NCBI GenBank assembly: GCA_963783845.1
Contig: CAWAPL010000028.1
Coordinates: forward strand, 25,498-89,497
Reading direction: 5' to 3'
DNA: 64,000 nt
Source of the DNA: an uncultured Phycisphaerales bacterium
GTDB lineage: Bacteria; Planctomycetota; Phycisphaerae; Tepidisphaerales; Tepidisphaeraceae
The number at the start of each line of letters is the position of its first letter. The stretch's first letter is position 1. Of this stretch, positions 57,401 through 64,000 are shown piece by piece. Under the pieces are notes generated by a model. The model made no database searches. It was not told the DNA's origin and was given only the letters and a program-made list of their open reading frames with translations. The translations under genes were made by a program, and so were the position numbers.

Positions 57401-58243
57401 ACCGAGGTAAAGATTTCCGCCGGACAGCACCGCACGGCCCGGGAGCCAGCCGGTTGGCAGGGTTCCCGTGCCGGTGATCTGCGACCAGGTCGAACCTCCG
57501 TTGCCGGTAACGTAAAGATTCGTGCCGGCGCCGGTGGAGTCAATGCCCACGTAAATCGTTTGGCTCGCATGGCCCGGCGTGCCGCTCGTGGGATCGAACA
57601 GGACGAATGTCGTGCTCGTCGGAGTAAAGCTGCCGACCTGCGTGAAGCTATGGCCCGCGTTGGTACTCTCCCAAAGTCCATTGGCGTTTGATCCGAGGAA
57701 AACGATATTGCTGTCATTGGGATCAACCTGGATCTGCTCACCATCTCCGCGTCCCAGGGAATTGCCGCCGACGTAAAAGCTGAGATTGTCCTGCCCCCAA
57801 GTCTGACCGCCGTCGGTGGAATAAAAGACCGCTCCGTTTGTTCCCGAGTATTGGCCGACGTTGACGTAAAGATTATTCGGATTCTCCGGATCGAGGGCGA
57901 AGCTCAGCACGCCGATTTCCTGCTCCTGCGTCCCGTTGCCGGAAGTGCTGGTGTTGTTGCCGACGAAATCCAGAAGTTCCTGCCAGCTCTGGCCATCGTT
58001 GATCGACTTGTATAAACCCCCGATGTCGGTGCGTGCGTAGATGACGTTTTGCTGGGTCGGGCTGTAGAAGACGCCATCGACAAATCCCCCGGCCCCGATC
58101 GCGGCGTTTTGCCAAGTATAAGCCTGGGCGGTGAGAAGCAGGCGACGCTCCAGAGGTTCAATGGCGACGAGCTTGGGCCGTCGATGCTGCCTGGTTGTAC
58201 GCTGGAATTTCCCCACCCGTGTCAGCCTCCGCTTGATACGCAT
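54443..58243 (-). CDS. Large secreted BNR/Asp-box beta-propeller protein (GH74/sortilin-like) with LamG-like and Ig-like C-terminal domains
   Basis: ATG 58243 gives MRIKRRL...VAIEPLERRLLLTA. There are many SxDxGxTW boxes (NDGQSWQE, TDGGQTWGQ, GNGGSTWSQ, NDGTTWTE, NDGATWTE, DDGGSTWVQ). The C-terminus has ...GNFSGYYSSNGTTWTQLG... and an Ig-like repeat. Confidence 0.8.
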   Translation of the reverse strand: MRIKRRLTRVGKFQRTTRQHRRPKLVAIEPLERRLLLTAQAYTWQNAAIGAGGFVDGVFYSPTQQNVIYARTDIGGLYKSINDGQSWQELLDFVGNNTSTSGNGTQEQEIGVLSFALDPENPNNLYVNVGQYSGTNGAVFYSTDGGQTWGQDNLSFYVGGNSLGRGDGEQIQVDPNDSNIVFLGSNANGLWESTNAGHSFTQVGSFTPTSTTFVLFDPTSGTPGHASQTIYVGIDSTGAGTNLYVTGNGGSTWSQITGTGTLPTGWLPGRAVLSGGNLYLGYANAEAPSNSITDGGVFSYVPSTGVWDNISPQTPGGSNPSFGYDAVAADPENPNTLVVTSFDDYSGPDQIWRTIDANDATPTWTEIFDIAASRNGGFAGFNTTRNTSNAPWVAAFDDGTGNWAASIAINPFDSDQLMYGTGQGLWATNNASNGGTNTPLTAANSWYFPDNGIEFTEVFQLAAPPSGVPLFSALADINGFAHSTLTSSPAGGGIAAAIRGGSTGSMNGVDFAQDNPNIEAIVGLQGYSGGPVYTNGAYTTNDGTTWTEFASSPGRSDSGGTIAVSADGSTFVWAPSGNGPYYSTNDGATWTESSLPTGTATGGTIVSDRVDPNDFYYWTENNGNNSWQLYISTDGGHSFLADGPANAGTGGIGNITLVANPYTAGDLWISSYIGIFHSTNFGASFTIDSVIGYNNVPSMALGAPAPGSTTPAIYIDGLIGNFLGIYRSDDGGSTWVQLNDVSHQWGGIVPSMAADPNVFGRVYLGINGRGVIVGNPTSSLPAGWADADINTPGNPGWAASSTTLSTGATVSQWTVDGGGAGIQGTSDQFNFAYEPITGSAVISAQITAMTNADPNTALPESGVMIRAGTSAGDPFAAMVQTPYDVLFEYRTTTGGTESSTLFGITPGYVKIVRDGDNFSGYYSSNGTTWTQLGSTIAIAAMPTTANVGLAASAEYNPQLTQASFANVSVTGLPTVATAAAANPNPVPGSSTALSVLGSEIGGTSTLTYTWSSTGPGGVTYTGATNGTNAAQNITANFTKAGNYDFTATIADPSGFSVTSSVSVTVNVLPASQLAIIAQPAIAAVNIPLAVPVVVAVEDARGNVVNTDNSNVTLQMTAGPAGGALTGRLTVAAVNGEAVFNDLALGTLGTYVLHATDGAFTAATTSDIEVIPITVPRFLFSAIPLSQPALAFAERRALLRNSSALLLAAPSVVIPSIQATNSAGPSAESSASSAFAAASPLSDVLTDQLDGTGQRLADTDQAVLSKA

Positions 58244-58557
58244 AAAACCTCCCGGCGCTGGCGCTAAAGCAAAATGAATAACCGCCAACGCTTTGTACGT
58301 TCATTCATAATGAAAGACGCACCGGTTTGCCAAATTTTCGGTTGGAATGCGCTTGACTGTATTTTGCCGCGGCAATGACGCAAAAGACGATATCAAATGG
58401 AATTAGAACGCGCCCTACGCACAATGACGAGGGTTTGGTCGTCGATGATTGAATGCCCGGCGGTAGACTGGTGGACTTGAGGTCCAGCCTCTCTCCGCCC
58501 ACGCGATTGACGGCGGCTGGAAATCCTTGACAGGGGTCATCGCGCCCCCTAGTGTAA

Positions 58558-59903
<1,346 letters not shown>

Positions 59904-59917
59904 AACCGCGACCATAA

Positions 59918-60229
59918 TTATACGTCCCGTTTGGCCGAAATAAAAAGATAAAACCATTCATCTTCGGGTGGGCCAGCCAACTTACCCTTACTATAGATGA
60001 GGATCCCATCGAGTGTGTAACCTCGTATGACGTGAAGAAACTCCCGTTTCCGCATGCGGGCGGGGCTGGTTGATCGAATCGTTTTGAAGATTCGATGCGC
60101 GTTGATAATGGACTCCGCCACGTCCTCACGAGACAGAGCGTCGAGGTGCATTTCGATCAAAGCCTTTTCAGTGAATCGCATGCGACCGCGCAGGACGGCA
60201 CGTTTGATTCGCACCAAAACGTCGGACAT
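59918..60229 (-). CDS. DUF4258-like small protein (toxin-like partner)
   Basis: 103 aa: RMRFTEKALIEMHLDALSREDVAESIINA...LHVIRGYTLDGILIYSKGKL. Lower GC than neighbours. 14 nt upstream of the zinc-finger gene. Confidence 0.55.
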   Translation of the reverse strand: MSDVLVRIKRAVLRGRMRFTEKALIEMHLDALSREDVAESIINAHRIFKTIRSTSPARMRKREFLHVIRGYTLDGILIYSKGKLAGPPEDEWFYLFISAKRDV

Positions 60230-60271
60230 GGCTGCGATTGTAAGCCGCGGATGGACGAAATCGCCAGCCGA

Positions 60272-61081
60272 TCATCCTTTCGGTGGCTGGCATTTCGGAC
60301 AAAAATGCGTGGAGCGGCCGCCGAGCACGAGGCGTTGAATCGGAGTGCCGCAAACGACGCACGGCTTGCCGGCGCGGTCGTAAACCCGGTGAATTTTCTG
60401 AAAATCGCCTGGCTGGCCATTGGCGTCGCGATAATCCCGTAGCGTGCTGCCCCGATGATGAATGGCGCGGTTCAAAACCGTCTTGATGCTTCGATTCAGC
60501 CGGGCGATCTGGGTTGAGGAAAGTTTGCTGGCGGCGATCCTGGGATGAATGCCGGCGGCGAACAGCGATTCATCGGCGTAAATGTTTCCCAGCCCCGCGA
60601 GGATATTCTGATCGAGCAGCGCCGTCTTGATCGCGCGTCGAGTGCGGGTGAGTCTTGCGGCGAGTTGGCTGGCGCGGAGTTGCAGCGGCTCCGGGCCGAG
60701 GTCGGCATCGGGCGAAATGTCGGTTCCTAGCCAGAAGACGCCGCCGAATCTTCGGGGATCGGTGAAGCGAAGCTCGCCGCCGGCGATGTGGAGGATCAGA
60801 TGCGTGTGCGGGGGCATCGCGGCTTGCGGGCGATCGAGGGTTAGGCGGCCGCTCATTCCCAGATGGACGTAGAATCGCGCGCCGTCATCGAGGTTAAAGA
60901 TGATCTTCTTGCCTCGGCGCGAGATGGCGAGGATCGCGCGGCCGGTTAACTTCGAGGCGAAGTCGATATCTCTGGGGCGGAGGATGTCTTGCCGAATGAT
61001 GCGCAGGGCATCGATTCGGCGGCCGAGCAGGCTCGGCCGCAGACTTCGCACGATTGTTTCAACTTCGGGCAGTTCAGGCAT
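60272..61081 (-). CDS. mutM: Formamidopyrimidine-DNA glycosylase
   Basis: MPELPEVETIVRSL at the N-terminus, H2TH LLDQNILAGLGNIYADE, and a C-terminal zinc finger CVVCGTPIQRLVLGGRSTHFCPKCQ. Confidence 0.93.
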   Translation of the reverse strand: MPELPEVETIVRSLRPSLLGRRIDALRIIRQDILRPRDIDFASKLTGRAILAISRRGKKIIFNLDDGARFYVHLGMSGRLTLDRPQAAMPPHTHLILHIAGGELRFTDPRRFGGVFWLGTDISPDADLGPEPLQLRASQLAARLTRTRRAIKTALLDQNILAGLGNIYADESLFAAGIHPRIAASKLSSTQIARLNRSIKTVLNRAIHHRGSTLRDYRDANGQPGDFQKIHRVYDRAGKPCVVCGTPIQRLVLGGRSTHFCPKCQPPKG

Positions 61082-61186
61082 TTGAAACTTTGCCGCTCGC
61101 CGGCTGTGTCTATGGATTGTTCACGGTTGTTGGGATAGAAACAACTGTCCCGGCAAAAGAAGAATTGTGCAAAGGAGAGCCGCGTC

Positions 61187-62278
61187 ATGGAATCGCACAT
61201 TGGCACCGTGGAGCCGCAGGGCGCCGATCTCGCCGCCGACGAACTCGCGTCAATCGAGAAGCTCCAGAAAAGCTACCACGACATGAAAACCGAACTGGCC
61301 AAGGTGATTGTCGGCCAGGAGGGGGTTATTGAGGAGTTGCTGATCGCGCTGTTTTGCCGGGGGCATGCGCTGCTGGTGGGCGTGCCGGGCCTGGCCAAGA
61401 CGCTGCTGATCTCCACGTTGTCGCGGACGCTGGGGCTGAGCTTCAGTCGTATTCAGTTCACGCCGGATTTGATGCCTTCGGACATCACCGGGACGGAAGT
61501 GATCGAGGAGGACAAGACGACGGGGGGGCGGCAACTGCGGTTCGTGCGCGGGCCGGTCTTCGCCAACGTGATTCTGGCCGACGAGATCAACCGCACGCCG
61601 CCGAAGACGCAGGCGGCGCTGCTGGAGGCGATGCAGGAACATCAGGTGACGGCGGGTGGGAAGCAGCATCGATTGCCGCAGCCGTTTTTCGTGCTGGCGA
61701 CGCAGAACCCGATCGAGCAGGAGGGGACGTATCCGCTGCCCGAGGCGCAGCTCGACCGGTTTATGTTCAACATCAACGTTGCGTATCCGAGCGAGGACGA
61801 GGAGTTCCAGATCGTTCGCCTCACGACCATGGCTCGGAACGTGGAGTTGAAGCACGTGCTGAGCGGGGACGACGTTTTGCAACTCCAGGAAATCGTGCGA
61901 AAGGTCCCCGTGGCGGATCACGTGATTCGCTACGCGCTGCAATTCAGTCGGCTGACTCGGCGAACCGAGAGCGGATGCCCGGATTTCATCAACGAATTCG
62001 TCGAATGGGGCGCCGGGCCGCGGGCCAGCCAATATCTGATTCTCGCCGGCAAGGCGCGGGCGCTTTTGAAGGGGCGGTATCACGTGAGCACGGACGACAT
62101 TCGCCAGGTGGCGCTGCCGGTGATGCGCCATCGGATCGTGACCAACTTCAACGCCGAGGCCGAGGGGGTGAAGAGCGACCAAATCGTGCGAAGGCTTCTG
62201 GAGCACATTCCGCGCCAGCCGTATGAGGAGCTGGACCGGACGGCGGCGAAGATGATCAAGGATGCGCCGGCGGCATAA
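61187..62278 (+). CDS. moxR: MoxR-family AAA+ ATPase
   Basis: [14 protein letters not shown] (Walker A), ILADEINR (Walker B), [26 protein letters not shown]. Confidence 0.92.
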   Translation: MESHIGTVEPQGADLAADELASIEKLQKSYHDMKTELAKVIVGQEGVIEELLIALFCRGHALLVGVPGLAKTLLISTLSRTLGLSFSRIQFTPDLMPSDITGTEVIEEDKTTGGRQLRFVRGPVFANVILADEINRTPPKTQAALLEAMQEHQVTAGGKQHRLPQPFFVLATQNPIEQEGTYPLPEAQLDRFMFNINVAYPSEDEEFQIVRLTTMARNVELKHVLSGDDVLQLQEIVRKVPVADHVIRYALQFSRLTRRTESGCPDFINEFVEWGAGPRASQYLILAGKARALLKGRYHVSTDDIRQVALPVMRHRIVTNFNAEAEGVKSDQIVRRLLEHIPRQPYEELDRTAAKMIKDAPAA

Positions 62279-62288
62279 GAGACAGTCG

Positions 62289-62777
62289 ATGGCTGTAACT
62301 CAAAATATTTTTACCAAGCTTCGGCTGAAGCCTGACCAAATGCGCGCCGTGGCTGAAAGGAGGTTCGGGGATTCAAAATGCCTGGTCAAAAGCAATGATA
62401 CAGACCGGGCGAATGGGGCAATCTACATGGCCGGCTTAGTGATCGAATGCCTATTGAAAGCTTTGCTTCTTGATCGGCATCCGAATTTGCGGGCCGGCAT
62501 TGATCCGGCGAGGCTAACATCATCTGACAAAGAGGCGTTCAATCTGATTTATCAACGTCACGAGTTGGACGATATGTGCGGTTTCATTCCGGAGCTTGAA
62601 AAGAAACTCAGCGACGTCAAAACGAAATCCGGCCTATCTGCCTGGCGCGAATTTGAAAACATATGTGAGGAATGGGCCATCCATGCCCGATATTCTGCGC
62701 AATTTGCCACGCTCGCCAAGGCGAGACGTTACTTGGAAACCGTAGAAGAGGTGAAAAAATGGCTCAAAGAACTGTAA
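62289..62777 (+). CDS. HEPN-like all-alpha protein
   Basis: ATG 62289: AERRFGDSKCLV...ANGAIYMAGLVIECLLKALLL...YQRHELDDMC...WAIHARYS...ARRYLETVEEVKKWL. Helix pattern fits HEPN, but no clear Rx4-6H motif. Lower GC. Confidence 0.5.
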   Translation: MAVTQNIFTKLRLKPDQMRAVAERRFGDSKCLVKSNDTDRANGAIYMAGLVIECLLKALLLDRHPNLRAGIDPARLTSSDKEAFNLIYQRHELDDMCGFIPELEKKLSDVKTKSGLSAWREFENICEEWAIHARYSAQFATLAKARRYLETVEEVKKWLKEL

Positions 62778-63031
62778 TGGATCCTTCGTATGTTTCGACT
62801 CTTTTGAAGGCGCTTCGAAAAGGGATTCCAGGTGCGCAAATTGATCGGGAGCAAGTACGGCGAGACCGCTACCGCTTCATCGTGGTCTCTCCGAAATTTA
62901 GTCGATTGGGACATCCTGAAAGGCAGCGTCTCGTTTGGGACATCGCCGACGAGGTTTTGAACAAAGATGATCTGTTCAAGGTTGCCATGATTCTTACTTT
63001 GAGTCCCAAGGAATTGTTGTCCAATGGGTGA
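62759..63031 (+). CDS. BolA-like small protein (tentative)
   Basis: ATG 62759 overlaps the HEPN-like gene by 19 nt. RYRFIVVSPKFSRLGHPERQRLVWDIADEVL...VAMILTLSPKE parallels the E. coli BolA segment [31 protein letters not shown]...VHALALHTYT. Confidence 0.45.
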   Translation: MAQRTVMDPSYVSTLLKALRKGIPGAQIDREQVRRDRYRFIVVSPKFSRLGHPERQRLVWDIADEVLNKDDLFKVAMILTLSPKELLSNG

Positions 63032-63978
63032 AACCTGGTCTGGTATTTGAATTTGTGTCCGAACCCGTCACCGATTATCGCCGATATCTCGAGCCGCGCA
63101 CGTTCGCGCGGATCGGATCGTTGGATCTGCGCGCCCGGCTGATCGTCGAAGGGCTCATGGCCGGGATGCACCGCTCGCCGTATCAGGGGATTTCCGTCGA
63201 GTTCAGCCAGCATCGGCAATACGTGCCCGGCGACGATATCCGCCACGTCGATTGGAAAGTTTTTGCCAAGACCGACAAGGTCTATCTCAAGCAATACCTG
63301 GAGGAGACCAACCTGCATCTCATCTTCGTGGTGGATGCCAGCGAATCGATGGGATATGGCTCGGTCGTCGAGGGCCGGCACGTCTGGAGCAAGTACGATC
63401 ACGCGACGGCCATCGCCGCGTCGCTGTCGTATCTGGCGATCCAGCAGCAGGATTCCGCGGGGCTGGCGATTTTCGATAACGAGCTGCGGCGGTATTTCAA
63501 GCCCAGCAATTTGCCGGCCCAATGGAAAACGATCACCCACGAACTCCTGCTGGTTCCGCGGCTGAAGAAAACCGGGACGGGCCGGGTGCTCGATCAGCTT
63601 GCCGAGAAGCTGACGCATCGCAGCCTGATCGTTCTTCTCAGCGATTTTTTCGACGACATGGACTCCATACAGAAGGGCCTGCGGCATCTTCGCTATCGCA
63701 AGCATGAGGTGATCGCGTTTCAGATTCTCGATCCCATGGAGATCGAATTTCCGTTTGAGGACGTGACGCTGTTCAAGGGAATGGAAGAGATGGGCGAACT
63801 GCTGACCGAGCCGCAGAGCTTGCGGCAGGGATATCTGGCTGAACTGGCGGCATATACGGACCGGCTGAAAAAGACGTGCCGCGGGATGCACATCGATTTT
63901 CTGCTCGTGAACAGCGGGCATGCGCTGGACGTTGTTCTGAGCGGTTTTTTGGCGACGCGAGCGGCCAGCATTCACTAG
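63028..63978 (+). CDS. DUF58-domain protein (vWA-like MoxR partner)
   Basis: LRARLIVEGLMAGMHRSPYQGISVEFSQHRQYVPGDDIRHVDWKVFAKTDKVYLKQYLEE...LIFVVDASESM. GTG 63028 overlaps the upstream stop (GTGA). Confidence 0.88.
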   Translation: MKPGLVFEFVSEPVTDYRRYLEPRTFARIGSLDLRARLIVEGLMAGMHRSPYQGISVEFSQHRQYVPGDDIRHVDWKVFAKTDKVYLKQYLEETNLHLIFVVDASESMGYGSVVEGRHVWSKYDHATAIAASLSYLAIQQQDSAGLAIFDNELRRYFKPSNLPAQWKTITHELLLVPRLKKTGTGRVLDQLAEKLTHRSLIVLLSDFFDDMDSIQKGLRHLRYRKHEVIAFQILDPMEIEFPFEDVTLFKGMEEMGELLTEPQSLRQGYLAELAAYTDRLKKTCRGMHIDFLLVNSGHALDVVLSGFLATRAASIH

Positions 63979-64000
63979 CGCTGCGTTAAATATCCGGCTG

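Noticed and set aside
58459-58499. tRNA-like anticodon-arm hairpin (TGGAC-TTGAG-GTCCA inside GGCGG...CCGCC), initially read as tRNA-Ser(TGA) or, on the other strand, tRNA-Sec(TCA)
   Set aside because: No T-arm (GTTCRANYC) or D-arm, and no acceptor stem can be built on either strand. The loop is 5 nt with a canonical stem. It is simply an imperfect long hairpin in the gap / BNR-protein divergent intergenic region. Its function is unknown, possibly a leader structure.
61250-63975. Long minus-strand ORFs 61250..62206 and 62869..63975
   Set aside because: They are antisense to moxR and the DUF58 gene respectively. The composition is typical of off-frame GC-rich translation.

Overview
GC-rich bacterial chromosomal window (about 60% G+C by eye). 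It is probably Planctomycetota/PVC-like. This is an inference from a ...EPLERRLLLTA N-terminal leader on a giant secreted protein, a PEP-CTERM-like tail, a fused PilM-PilN and a PEYRERE/GEGRGEG-type palindromic repeat.

Layout:
- (1) 1-3.2 kb: housekeeping genes (moaD/moaE, nth, queE).
- (2) 3.7-26.1 kb: a roughly 22 kb tailed-phage structural and packaging cluster, all on the + strand. It holds two beta-helix fibre/tailspike proteins, a DUF1320-like adaptor, a ParB-like protein plus an ABC-ATPase/GNAT fusion, TerS, TerL, portal, a Mu-I-like protease/scaffold, a lambda-E-like capsid, a tube protein, a G/GT-type chaperone, a coiled-coil tape-measure candidate and distal tail proteins. Two low-GC morons and an IS5-family insertion interrupt it. 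I could not recognise an integrase, a replication module or an endolysin.
- (3) 26.2-29.1 kb: a PEP-CTERM-like protein, then a CI/LexA-like repressor facing small regulators.
- (4) 29.1-34.5 kb: a PilM/N-led operon on the - strand whose products carry GGPPGGFG low-complexity tails.
- (5) 34.8-64 kb: housekeeping genes (mtaB, dtd, GT4, Gfo/Idh/MocA oxidoreductase, dat, UbiD-family decarboxylase, ECF sigma/anti-sigma, pheS, feoAB, gap, mutM, moxR-DUF58). Interspersed are a RAYT transposase with REP/REPIN hairpins, a DUF4258/YgiT TA-like pair and a HEPN-like plus BolA-like cassette inside the moxR operon.

Main caveat: at least 13 genes, including core genes, are frame-disrupted as sequenced. This looks more like assembly indel error than real decay, so every 'pseudogene' call below is provisional. 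All family assignments rest on motif recognition by eye. No searches were run.
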